Below, piece by piece: positions 52,065 through 64,000 of a DNA stretch of 64,000 bases. The stretch lies in contig JASCQW010000032.1 in the NCBI GenBank assembly GCA_030264375.1, positions 35,514,090 through 35,578,089 on the forward strand, given 5' to 3'. The notes under the pieces are model-generated. The model did not search any database, was not told the origin of the DNA, and saw only the letters and a list, made by a program, of their open reading frames with translations. Position numbers and translations under genes: made by a program. This stretch comes from Carcharhinus longimanus (lineage: Eukaryota). The first letter of the stretch is position 1, and the number at the start of each line of letters is the position of its first letter.

Positions 52065-54120
52065 TCATGTGATGCGGGTATCACTGGCTAGGCCAGTATT
52101 TATTGCTCATCTGTAATTGTCTATGAGAAGTTGGAAGTGAGCTGCATCCCTGAACTGCTGTGATCAATGTGAAGTCGGTACAACCGCAGTGCTGTTAAGG
52201 AGGGGGTTCCAGGAATCTTGACACAGCAACAGTGAAGGAATGGCAGTATATTTCCAAGGAAGGCTGATGAGTGGGTTTGTAAGGTGCTCTCTAAAGAGCC
52301 TTCGTGAGGTGCTGCAGTGCGTATTGTTCTTATTACATGGAGTTCTTCTGTGTGTCAGTGGCAGAGGGAGTGGATGTTTGTAGATGAGGTGCTAATCATG
52401 TGGGCTGCTTTGTTCTGAATGGTATTGGGCTTCTTGAGTGTTGTTAGAGCTGCAATCATCCAGGCAAGTGGAGCGTATTGCATCACATTCCTGACGTGTA
52501 GCTTGTAAATGGTGAACGGTCTTTGCAGAGTCAGATGGTGAATCATTCGCCACAGGATTCTTCATCTCTGACCTGCTCTTGTAGCCATAGTCTTTATGTA
52601 GCCAATGCTGTTCAATTTCTGGTCAATAGTAATCNNNNNNNNNNNNNNNNNNNNNNNNNNNNNNNNNNNNNNNNNNNNNNNNNNNNNNNNNNNNNNNNNN
52701 NNNNNNNNNNNNNNNNNNNNNNNNNNNNNNNNNNNNNNNNNNNNNNNNNNNNNNNNNNNNNNNNNNNNNNNNNNNNNNNNNNNNNNNNNNNNNNNNNNNN
52801 NNNNNNNNNNNNNNNNNNNNNNNNNNNNNNNNNNNNNNNNNNNNNNNNNNNNNNNNNNNNNNNNNNNNNNNNNNNNNNNNNNNNNNNNNNNNNNNNNNNN
52901 NNNNNNNNNNNNNNNNNNNNNNNNNNNNNNNNACTCTGAGTAACTCATGCAGTGATATCCTGGAACTAAGCTAACTGACTTCCAAAAATCACAACCATCT
53001 TCCTTTGTGCCAGGTATAGTCCAACCAGTGGAACCCCTGATTCCCATTGACTCCAGTTTTGCTAGAGCTTCTTAATGAAGTACTCAGTCAAATGCTGCTT
53101 TGATGTCAAGGGCTGTGGCTCTCACCTCTGGAATGCTGCTCTTTTATCCATGTTTGAATTAAGGCTGTAATGAGGTCAGGAGCTGAGTGGCGAAATTGAG
53201 CATCAGTGAGCAGATTATTGGCAAGAGTATGTTGATAACCCCTCCCATCACTTTACTGATGATCGAGCATAGAGTATTGGGGCGGTTAATAGCTGGTTTG
53301 GATTTATCCTGCTTTTTGTGGGCAGGGCAAATCTGGGCAATTTTCCACATTGTCAGGTAGATGTCAATGTTGTAGCTGTACTGGAACAGCTTGCCTAGGG
53401 ATGCAGCAAGTTCTGGAGCTCTACTATTACCAGAATGTTGTCAGGGCCCATAGCCTATGCTGTATCCAGNNNNNNNNNNNNNNNNNNNNNNNNNNNNTGC
53501 AGGTTAGGTTGATTGGCCATGCTAAAATTGCCCCTTAGTGTCCTGAGATGCATAGGTTAGAGGGATTAGCAGGTGGATATGGGGATGGCGCCTGGGTGGG
53601 ATTGTGGTCAGTGCAGAATCAATGGGCCCAATGGCCTCTTTCTGCACTGTAGGGTTTTTATGATTCAATGATTCTTGGTATTACAAGGAATGAATTGAAT
53701 TGGCTGAACACTGACATCTGTGATGCTTGAGACCACCAGAGCAGCTGATGAACCATCTACTCGGCACTTCTGGCTAAAGATTGTTGTGAATACCTCAACC
53801 TTATCTTTTGGGCTAATATTCTGGGTTTCTCCATCGTTGAGGATGGGGATATTTGTGGAACTTCCTCTTCCAGTGAGTTGTTGATTCATGGCTGCATTTG
53901 GCTGGGCAGCAGAGCTTAGATGTGATCCATTGGTTGTGGGATGATTTATTTCTGTCTATTACTGCAGTTTATGGTGTCTGATACACAAGTGTTGTAGCTT
54001 CACCAGGTTGATACATCATTTTTAGGTATGCTTTGTACTACTCTTGGTATGCTTTCCTGCATGCTTCACTAAACCAGAGCTGATCTCCTGACTTGATGGT
54101 ATTGGTAGAGTGGAAAATAA
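52065..54120 (-). mobile_element. CR1-clade LINE (second family) with a nested HE1 SINE (53499-53672)
   Basis: MWKIAQICPAHKKQDKSKPA…IISKVM; TIYK…VMQYAPLAW…IQNKAA. Confidence 0.85.
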
Positions 54121-54194
54121 GCTGAGCTGAGTCGCTAGCCAAGTTTCACACACATGAGGATGGCCTCAACTGGGATCTTGGGTTCATGTCCCAC

Positions 54195-54512
54195 TATCTG
54201 TAACCCCCAGATCTGTAACTTGCCTGGGCTTGCAAAATCTCACTAACTGTCCTGGCTGGAGACAATACACATCTCTTTAACCTGACCTTAATCCTCACTC
54301 CACTCATATTCTCTGTACATTTAAGAATTGATTACCTGTAAAGACTTGCATTCCAACCATTATTTTGTAAATTGAGCTTGTGTCTTTATATGCCCTATTT
54401 GTGAACAGAACTCCCACTTAGCTGACGAAGGGGCAGAGCTCCGAAAGCTAGTGGCTTTTGCTACCAAATAAACCTGTTGGACTTTAACCTGGTGTTGTGA
54501 GACTCCTTACTA
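54195..54512 (+). mobile_element. Penelope pseudo-LTR with hammerhead core
   Basis: CTGACGA (54422-54428), stem II GGGGC/GCTCC, GAAA-GCTA; stem I is mutated. Confidence 0.8.
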
Positions 54513-56979
54513 TGCTGCTACTGAGCCATTATTGGTGAATGCAATTGAATGCTTTGCAGCAGGCTGGAAAGATCACACCCAATGTCTGGGAGCAAGTGCT
54601 CTGAGCAGAACACTTCAATTCAGATCCAAAGACTTCACTAACTGTCACACCAGGTGTTGCAGACACTAACATTATAGTGCTTAACAATACAAACCTCCAA
54701 ACACTTCCGTTAACTCAACAGCAGCCAATAAAAATTAATCAGCAATTTATGTGAAAACAGTTGATGGTCCCTTTAAATAGTTCTATAGGGGGTCTGAATG
54801 CATATTTGGCTGTGTGACATTAAGAGAGCACATTTGATGAAGTATTGAGGTCAAAAATCACACAGCTGGAGTCAAATCAGTGTTAGATGCTGATTGACAT
54901 CATGATCTGCTTACTCTGCACACTTCCAATACATCCTCCCAGTGCTCACTAGATATTTGTGGAAGGCTAAATTTAAAGTGAATGTCACTAATCTTTCAGG
55001 AAAACCTGACCCACATTTCATTATGCAGTTCTGAAATACATATTTGATGTGTTTGAGCCTATTTAAAAATATTTCCATTATTCGTTTCACAATTTAATAT
55101 AATGAGCCTAGGAAATTAGTTTCATTTATTTACCAGTAGATGCATGGTACCATCTAAGAGAAATTCTTTCAAAATGCAATGCTTTATTTTGACCTCATTC
55201 ATTCCATACTCCCAATAATTTGAAACTGTAATTGGCTTCATTGGAGAAACTGGTTTGTATTCAATTATTTAAGAAAAAAGAATGATCTTGGTCCAGCGCA
55301 TTTGAAAATGACGAGGCAATTTCAAGTCTCTTCTAATGAATGAAATTGCCTATCTGTTGGTGCTGGTGATTGAACTGTCTCTTTAAATCATGTTTAATGA
55401 AAGACATTCAAGACATGAGACTGTTGCAAAAGCTTCATTTTCTTTTCTGTCTGAGGTAATAAGGTTTTAGAATCAGCAACAATGCTGGAAGATGCAGTTC
55501 TTGATTGCAGATTGACATCCTGTTGGGTTCACTGACTAAAACAAAATCTAAATAATTACTCCACTGTAGATGTGTAGCATAATAGTGTGACACTTTCTAG
55601 AGTCAAATTAAAAGGACATCTGCAAATTGTTGTGGTAGATTTCAACATTAATATGTTCTACAAATTACCATTTAGGTAAATGAAGAAGCTGCAAAGCTTC
55701 ATATTTTGGTTCAATTCCAATGTAAGCTTTTATTAAAATTTGCTGTTGCACATAATTACCATACAATTATTTTAGCAACATTCAATGTTTTGGAATTATT
55801 TACTGGACGTTTCTGTTTATATCACATTGTGCACAATAAAAATATCTTCAGGTAATTAAACATGAAAATATTTCTAATTGTTGCAGGCTGAAAATAGATG
55901 ATACTATAACCTATATTTTGATGAAGACAAATTAAGCCTAATGTCTCTATAAAGTTATGATATGCAAATAAGTTTCAAGATGTCATATAATGCATATATT
56001 TGAATCTTTGATTTCTGGATTTTCTTTTTCACTTTGTTCATTATTTGCACAATTAGGCTTTGAAATTGCGATTATTGGTGGAGCAGATCTGGGATGGAGG
56101 AAATTGTCCCACACTTAGTATCCCCAATACCATCATAATCCTGGGGTCAGACTGCTTGGTGGGAAGCCATTGAGCTTCCAAGTAGTTCTGGTCTGCCTGC
56201 CTGGGTGCAACATCAGTTGCTGCGAGACTCTTGTGAGATGGTTTATTCTTCTAGAAATCTCAGCAGTTCAGACAACATTTTTGAAGAGAGAAGCAGAGTT
56301 TATTTCTGATGAAAGGGCATTGATTTGAAATGGTAAGTCCTGTCAGGATTTCCCTGCCACCCCCTGCGATGAGTTTTCTGCCAGCAGCTCACCATTGGTC
56401 GATGAGTTGCCCAGTGGCATGACTGGCAAGGCATGGAAAACACCATTGTCTCCAACGGGACTGGTAGATTCCACCACTGGCCATTGAAAGGCTGCCTCTG
56501 CTGGCGGAAAAACTGCCACGTGGCGGGGTGGGGCCAGAAAATCCCAGCCTTTACTTCTCTCTCCACAGATCCTGCCAGACCTGCTGAGTATCTCTAGCAT
56601 CTTTTTGTTTCTGTTTCACATTTCCAGCATCCACTACCAGCTGCTGCTGTTGGGTTTATATGAATAAGGGTGATCTGCGTTCCTGAAAATCACCTTTTGG
56701 GTTAATATGCTCCCTAACCTTCTAACTCCTGATGTGTGTGAATGAACATTACAGTTTTAGGCTGAAAGGCATGGATTTTCCCAACAAACTGAAAAATGGT
56801 GCAACCCTGCCAGATCCGGATTCTATCCCAAATTCTAATCAAACGTCCCCCCTGCAAAATTGCTTTTCCTGGCCTAGAAGTTTGGAATTATAATCTCTAC
56901 TCGGTATGTTTCTAATCATTTCATGATATATTTTTATGATGAAGGGGTAACAACAGCTAATATAACATTTTTCTTACAG

Positions 56980-57006
56980 ACAGAAATACAAAAGCACATC
57001 ACAAAG
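56980..57006 (+). CDS. PDE1: PDE1 27-nt microexon ((I)QKYKSTSQ(R))
   Basis: ctaat branch point, tttttcttacag acceptor, AAG|gtaagg donor; phase 2-2; joins the previous exon in frame as …LQGIQKYKSTSQR, compare PDE1C …LRGLRKYKKTSQR. Confidence 0.9.
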
Positions 57007-60000
57007 GTAAGGCTATTTATACACACTTATTTTAAAGCAACTTGAAGTATGACTTGTGTCCTTTATTTAACATTTTCAGTGTTGAATCATCCTTTTCCAA
57101 GAAACTTATGGATTACGTTACATTTAGAGAATTCGGATTGCTTTGATGTGTATTACAAAACTGAGCACTTTGTAGAATGTATTTTGTGAATATATCTGTG
57201 AGCATTTGGCAACAACACACTTATATTCTTTGGACAATGAAATATGCTATAGCGTCAATACAAGTTAAAGAAGAAGTGATTTAGTGTATTGTTCAGTTAA
57301 AGGCATTATGAATAGATTAATGTAATCTCATCCATTAAATTCACACTGTTCTTGATCTGCTTCCATGAGATCAGTGGAAAGGGCTCTCTCTGAATGATGG
57401 AAGCCGCCTCATGAAAAGTTATCAATAGCAACAGATCTTGCTTCCGTTTGCTCCTTACAAGTCAATCAACATAAAAGGAGCTGGGGGCAGGAGTGAAAAC
57501 TTCCTACGTCAGGGGATTTGAGCATTTCAACCTTCAGGGTTGACAGTGGTACACCTAGTGAGACAACATGTACCACACAGCTGAACAGGTTGCATCTTAA
57601 TGTTCACAGCCCTGGAAAGAGAGGTTGTCCATTTAAGCTAATATATAAATTCAGAATCGCCTGCAGTGAGAGGTGGGTCCAGCATCCTCTCTCACATTAG
57701 ATACCTTCCAACTGACTTTCTAATCTCTCTACCAAGTGTCCTAGGCATACTGTTAGTGGCATGGGTCCTTGCCATTTTCATATCAGGGATCTCCAGGACT
57801 GTAGACACACTGATAGACTCAGACTCAGATGCAGATAATCTAAATCAATACTTCTTAACATTTGTGTTGGGATGTTCCTGTTTGCAGCCTTTTGGTCCAA
57901 ACATTTTATACAGTTCCTGATTGTTGGATATTCCTCACAGGTGTGGATGGGGCAGAAGTAGCAGTTAATTACGGACTGGCTGCTGCTGCTTAGAAGCATA
58001 GCATGTTATGGTCCCTGTTGAGTTACTATGTCATTCTGATGTCTTTGACCTAGACAAGGGATGAATGAATATGAATCAATATACCNNNNNNNNNNNNNNN
58101 NNNNNNNNNNNNNNNNNTACTCAATTGAATGATAAACACAAAGAGTGAATTTTATCTTTAGATATACAGTTGATGAGCACATTTGGAATATTTCTCAAGG
58201 AAGGTCTCACTGATGACACTTGTGATGTCGAGGTTCTGCATGCAAGATTTGACAAGTGCTTGGAAACAAAATTGGGAAATTGCTGGAACATCAGCTCAGA
58301 TCTTGTCATGCAATGGTCTAGTCTGTAGTTTCAGATCAATGAGCATTGGCATGACTTGGAGCCAAGCAAGTGGATCTCAAGTTGAACCAGTTCATTGCAG
58401 CACCAGTGTGTAAAGACGAGCATGTCAAATGTCTGCCTATTCAGGCGCCATCTGAATGTTCCCATTGCAAGGAGAATAGGGGTCTATGTAACAGTGCCAC
58501 AAGTTATGTTTCAAATGAGTAATTTATACATCTGAGAAGTCAATCAATCAATCTGTTGTCATCCTGGAATAAGTAGGGGCTGCATGTCTCCTGCCCCAAT
58601 TACTCTGAGATATTTTCCTGGACCTGGTTCGTGCTATATAAATGTACGTTGTCATATCCTCTTGATGAATATCAGAGGTTGTTGCACAGTGACCTGGTTA
58701 GCCACTTGGGCGCAAATTTATGACGTCAATGCTACATTTTCTATAAAATCCTGCCAGCTCTTCTGCTGTGTCCAGTGTTGAATTAAATGCAGTTATCATC
58801 ATTTTGAAACAGAGCATCTATGAGTTTGTTAATGTTCTGCCTATGTACATCAAGCAACCCTCTGTAATTTAAATCAATGAAGCAGTCTCTATGCTCAAAG
58901 TTCACAACCTCATTCTTGAATAAAATAATTAAATGCTTTACACATTGCCACAGAGCCACATGATGTATTTGCATTAATTTTACCATTCTTATTTTCAACT
59001 TGAGGATAATTTTTCTGTAAAATACACGTGAGGGATTATTTTTAACAACACATTTTGGATTATTTTCACTTTCGTAAAGTACTATAACCATTTGGCCAAT
59101 GAAATGTATTAGAGCAGTTAACAAGTGTTCTACCACAAATTAATACATCCTAAACTTATTGACAGTTATTTCTTTGTTTCTTCTATTCCTTTGTTTTTTT
59201 TTCTTGCATTCCAATACCCTTTGAGAAGAAAACATTTGTAATTTTAAGTAACTTAAATGATGCTGATCTCAAATAGGATTTATTACAAAATGGTCACTTT
59301 GTGAGGGTGTAGAGTTAAAAACAAAGAAGCAACGTAATGCTATGTCCCAAAGTGCTTCACAGCCAGTGAAGCCTGTTTGTACATGTTAAGAATCCAGCTT
59401 CACTCAGTGGTAGCACTTGCTGCTGAATCAGAACGTAGTGGATTCAAATCATGCACCTTATTCATTCCTTGAAGTCACTTGTGACTGGAGGTGGTATGGC
59501 TGGGGTTGGGACTCATTATGCACAATTTAATGTAAACTGTGAGGATCAAGAATCAAGGACAGGTCAGAAGAAGTTAAGAAGGGAAAAATATTGTTGATGC
59601 TGGTAACCAGGAACAAAAGAAAAAATGCTGGAAATCCGCTGAGATATTTATTATCTGGATACATGGGAAATGGATGATGCCAGTTTGTCAAAAATGCCTG
59701 TCAACAGAGTTCCATTTGCCATCAGAATTCAACACAGTACCATGAGATAATATGCAAGTTTTCAGGAAGTAAAGAGTAATATTCTGTTTACTTAAAACAA
59801 AGTATAAAACAATACAGTATACAAGTGTGGATTCTGGATAACTTCATAATTATTTCTGGTTGGTAAAGTGATGATTTATATTAGGGGACACTCCATTTAT
59901 ATTAGGGTACTACTGGAAAACACAAGATTTACTCCACACAGCAGATCTGGCAGAACATGTGGAAGGAGAAATAGAGTTAATGTTTCAAGTCAGAATTCCT

Positions 60001-60612
60001 GATGCAGTTTTTGCGTAAGACTTCATGACCCTGATATTTTGTAATGTTCTTCTGATTCCTGTTGTATATCTAGCAGCAGAGCAGAAGCTACTGAGTAAAA
60101 GGTAAACATCAGAAGCCTCTATGATGCTGATATAATAGTGATGTCAGGTCACGGGCAGAATATTCCTCTCCCTCCACAATGTGTTTTGCGGTGGTGGGAG
60201 GCGGTGCGCCGCTCGTTGTTGGCAGAATCTTATGGTCTTGCTGTTGTCAAAGGGGTTTCCTATTGAACACACCCATCACCATGAGGAAACCCGCAGCGGG
60301 AGTGCGCTGTTGGTAAGACCACACAATTCTGCCAGCATAAATGCCAACAAGGTTTCAGCATGTGTCTGGAAGAGAAAACAGAAGGAGGAGAAGCTTCAAA
60401 CTCTTGCAGAGGTCCAAATGTGTAAATACTCGTAAATACTTTATTGTAAATAAAGATTAATGGTTCTTGAGAAAATACAGACTTGACCAGCATACTTTGG
60501 GAAAATAGACAATCCTGAACCTCTTGTCTAAACCCCAGCCGTACACACAAACAGAAACCTCAAAGAACTGGCATAAGTAGCCATTTCTTCAAGAATTCAC
60601 CAATGTCTACTG

Positions 60613-61070
60613 CAGTGGTTCAAAACCTTCTGTATGCCATGGCACACCTCTATACTCTTAAAAACATTATGATACACACTTCCAATTTCTCTGACTTCTT
60701 GCCTCACTGAGAACTTGTTTTTAACTTCCTCCCGTCCTCTCACCTTTTTTTTAACCTCTCCCTCTGTCTTTCGCTTCTCCCAGGGTTTTTGCGCCCCTTT
60801 TGAATTTTTGCTTTTTGTGTGGGCATATGGGGCCTTTGTCTTCAGCTCCAAGTCCCATTGGTCATGTGCATGGACCTGACCAACGCAAAAAAATCAAAAC
60901 TACGCATAAGTGGCTGTTTCCCAATCGGCGCAGGTATGGGAGGTCCAAGTTTCGTCAGGTCCTGAAGATGCCAGCCACAGAACTGAAGATGAAGGTTAGT
61001 TTTAGTCTAATTACATGGATTTTGAACCATTTTGAATCTTTTGTCACGGTGCACAGGTTGGGAACCACTG
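60613..61070. mobile_element. hAT (Charlie-type) MITE, 458 bp
   Basis: TIRs cagtggttcaaaacct / aggttgggaaccactg (14/16); 8-bp TSD gtctactg / gtttactg. Confidence 0.85.
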
Positions 61071-61308
61071 GTTTACTGGACATCTCCAACAGAAAATCTA
61101 AGCTCTGATTTCAAACCTGATGCTATGTTGACAGATCTTTTATACAGGATTCAGGATTATGGCAACATACAATTAGTACTACAGATAAATATTGACATTT
61201 TTCCTATGGATTTTCCATGGACAGAATTTGACGTAGGAATTTTCAAATAATTTGACATGAAATGTTGCAACTGATGCAGAGATTTTAATATTTGGTAAAG
61301 TAGTTTAG

Positions 61309-61437
61309 TGGCGAGATTTTGTGGCCTCGCTTATCCCGAAACCGTAAAGTCCTGCCCGAGGTCGACCAACCTTCCCATTGTCTGCCCTTTACCCGCTCTG
61401 ATTCCTGTGGCAGCCAGGGCGGTAAAATTGTAGCCTA
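61309..61437. mobile_element. Short Harbinger-type MITE (~130 bp)
   Basis: Shares internal ctgccc…ccgctctgattcc…gtggcag with 11816-11940; GC-rich imperfect TIRs. Confidence 0.6.
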
Positions 61438-61499
61438 GATTTTAAATTCTCCCTGTTACATTGTCTGCTTCCCCTTCCCTCTCCTCTCCCCTTCCATCT

Positions 61500-62140
61500 C
61501 AACAACAACTACTTGCATTTATATAACATCTTTAACATTGTAAAACACTCCAGCGTGCTTCACAGGAGCATTAGCAAACAACATTTGCCACTGAGTCACA
61601 CAAATAGGGGAGATTACTGAAAGGTAGATTTTAAGGAGTGTCTTAAGGGAAGAGAAAGAAGTAGAGAGATAGAAAATTTTAGGGAAGGAATTTCAGAGCT
61701 TTAGGGTCTTGGAAACTGGAGGCCTATTCACTAATGGTGGTGCAACTAAAATTGGGAATGTACAGAAGGCTAGAACTGGAGGAGTGCAGAGATCTCGGAT
61801 GATTATAGGACAAGAGGAGGTTACAGAATTAGGAAGGTATGAGGCCATTGAGGGATTTGAAAACAAGGATGAAAATTTTCAAATTTGCTGGAGAGGGAAC
61901 CAGTGCAGGTCAGCAAGACAGAGTAATGGGTGAATGAGACCTGTTAGAAGTTAGGACATGGACAACATCCAAAACTTTGTTCTCCGGGTATGGTAGAAGA
62001 TGAAGGGTCAGCCAGGAAAGCTTTTAAATTGTCAAAGCTAGAAATAAAAGAGGGTTTCCTAGGAAGATCAGCTAAAGGAGGATTGACTATGATCATACAG
62101 AGATGGAAGTAGGCAATTTTGGTGATTAAGTGATGTATGG
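61500..62140 (-). mobile_element. L2-clade LINE 3' portion
   Basis: Reversed L2-type end aacaacaactacttgcatttatata; IAYFHL motif. Confidence 0.65.
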
Positions 62141-62279
62141 TCATTGGGTCATCCCAGGATCACAATCATTCATGCCAGTCTCCTTTCTGTTCCACAAGTC
62201 TTCCTGCATTTCCTCATTTCCCTTCATTCTCAACCTCCTTTCTGACAGTAATCCAGATGCAGTTTCACTATTGTGAGCA

Positions 62280-62905
62280 AATTGTAGCAAGAATTGGTTA
62301 CTTTTATATTCTACCCCTTGCAACAAAGACCAAAGTCCATGTGCCTCCCTACTTATTTAATGTACAAGAATATCCAGATCCACCTGTAGTATCTCTCTAT
62401 TTAAATAATATTCTGCCTCTATTCTTGCCAGAGTAGACAATGTCATATTTTCTGACATTGTACTCCATCTGTCAAATTTTTATCTGGGCACTTAACGTAT
62501 CTACATCCCTTTATAGACTCTTTGGATAGAATTTTATCAGCATATCTGCCCAAGGCCAACGGAGAATGCCTGGAATCAGGGTAGGCATGCTGTTAAAACT
62601 CCGGTCTTTGTATCCTCCTCACAACTCGTTTCCTATCTGTCTTTGTATCATCAGCAAATTTGGCTGCAATACACTTATTCCCTTCATCCAGGTCATTAAT
62701 ATAGACCGTAGATAGTTGAGTTCTCAGTACTGATCCCTGAATTGCTCCACTAGTAACAATTTGCCAACCTGAAAATGATCCATTTATTCTGATTCTCTGT
62801 TTCTTGTTAGTTAGTCAATCTCTATCCATGCTAATATATCACCCCTCAACACCATAAGCCCTTATTTTGTCCAGTAATCTTTCATGTGGCACTCTATTAG
62901 AAATC
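62280..62905 (-). mobile_element. CR1 LINE RT fragment
   Basis: Reverse IYINDLDEGN…AKFADDTK. Confidence 0.8.
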
Positions 62906-63239
62906 CAAATCAAACTGAGTCAGGAAGGTCAGATGAGACAGAGGCTATTAAATGCAAGTGAAGGTAAGTCACTATGGAATGTCAGTCTGCTGCTGATTAC
63001 TACTCTGAGGAATTTAAGGGCCTGTGTGTAACAACCTGGTTGTACTTTTTGAAAATTCATGTATATATTAATAAAGCAATGATGCATCCAAGAAATGTTC
63101 CTTTAATTCTAAAACCACATGTACATTTTTTTTAAAAAAAGCAATTTCTTTAAACTTGTTTTGAGAGGACTAATTTCTAACAGGATCTACCAGAGGATCA
63201 GACTTTTGAAGTAGTGCCTTGTTAGTCTGAGTGTGTCTA

Positions 63240-64000
63240 AAGGAATAGAGGAAAAATGTAAGGAAGTGTTGCTGCAGTTGTACAAGGCATTGGTGAGATC
63301 GTACCTGGAGTACTGCGTTCAGTTTTTGGTCCCCTGATTTGAGGAAGGGATGTGGTGGTGTTAGAGGCAGTTCAGAGGAAGTTCACAAGATTGATTCCAG
63401 AGATGAGGGATTTGTCTTATGAAGAGAGATGGAGTAGTTTAGGCCTATAATCTCTAGAGTTTTGAAGAATGTGAGGAGATCTAATTGAGGTATATAAGAT
63501 GATAAAAGGTATAGTCAAAGAAGACTTGGAGCAGATGCTTTCTCTTCTGGGCGATCTAGAACAAGAGGTCATAAGTTTTAGGATGGGGGTAACAAATTTA
63601 TCATAGAATCATACAGCACAGGAGAAGTCCTTCAGTCCATCGGGTCTGCACTGATACATTAGAAACAACTGAACTCCCAACTAATCCCATCTGCAGCACT
63701 TAGCCCATAGCCCGGATTGTTGTGATGTGCCAAGGTTCCCATGAGAAATTTAAAATAGAGACGAGGAAAAACCACTTCTCTCAAAAGTTTGTGAATTTGT
63801 GGAATTTGCTACCTCAGAGTGTGGTGGATGCCAAGACATTGAGTAAATTTAAGGAGGAGATAGACAGATTTTTAGTTAGTAATGGGTTGAAGGATTATGG
63901 AGAACAAGCAAGAAAGTGCTGAGGCCGAGAAGAGATCAGCCATGATCATATTGAATGGTAGAGCAGGTTTGAGGGCTCAATTCCCTACTCCTGCTCCTGG
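63240..64000 (+). mobile_element. CR1 LINE 3' portion with a short SINE/LINE-tail insertion (63600-63735)
   Basis: LQLYKALVRSYLEYCVQF; FSQKFVNLWNLLPQSVVDA…FKEEIDRFL. Confidence 0.85.

Noticed and set aside
55820-55856. …IFR|gtaatt as the alternative PDE1 first exon (HLQRPIFR type)
   Set aside because: Upstream codons do not match and there is no suitable ATG
57700-58500. Possible endogenous viral or coding relic
   Set aside because: Stops in every frame I translated; faint motifs suggest a very old RTE LINE, too weak to call
58783-59136. 117-aa minus-strand ORF
   Set aside because: No recognisable motif or splice signals; AT-rich chance ORF antisense within the PDE1 intron

Overview
Repeat-rich vertebrate genomic DNA, almost certainly a shark or other elasmobranch (HE1-type SINEs and HER1/CR1-type LINEs), from a gapped draft assembly. 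Two host genes touch the window, both on the + strand. One is the probable terminal exon and 3' UTR of an unidentified gene (288-~690). The other is the first coding exons of a Ca2+/calmodulin-dependent phosphodiesterase (PDE1 family): a 101-nt exon at 50378-50478 and a 27-nt microexon at 56980-57006, neither reported by the ORF track. Most of the remainder is decayed transposable elements: Penelope-like elements with minimal hammerhead ribozymes, Gypsy/Gmr1 LTR remnants, a Harbinger relic with a spliced Myb/SANT gene plus MITEs, a hAT-Charlie MITE, CR1, RTE and L2 LINEs, and SINEs. Nearly all ORFs in the six-frame track are spurious or TE fragments. I see no convincing wholly new system. The best leads are the ribozyme-bearing and palindromic Penelope derivatives, several fold-back or templated-insertion events, and the mosaic-looking PDE1 N-terminus. 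Repeat boundaries are approximate, and protein comparisons are from memory rather than database searches.
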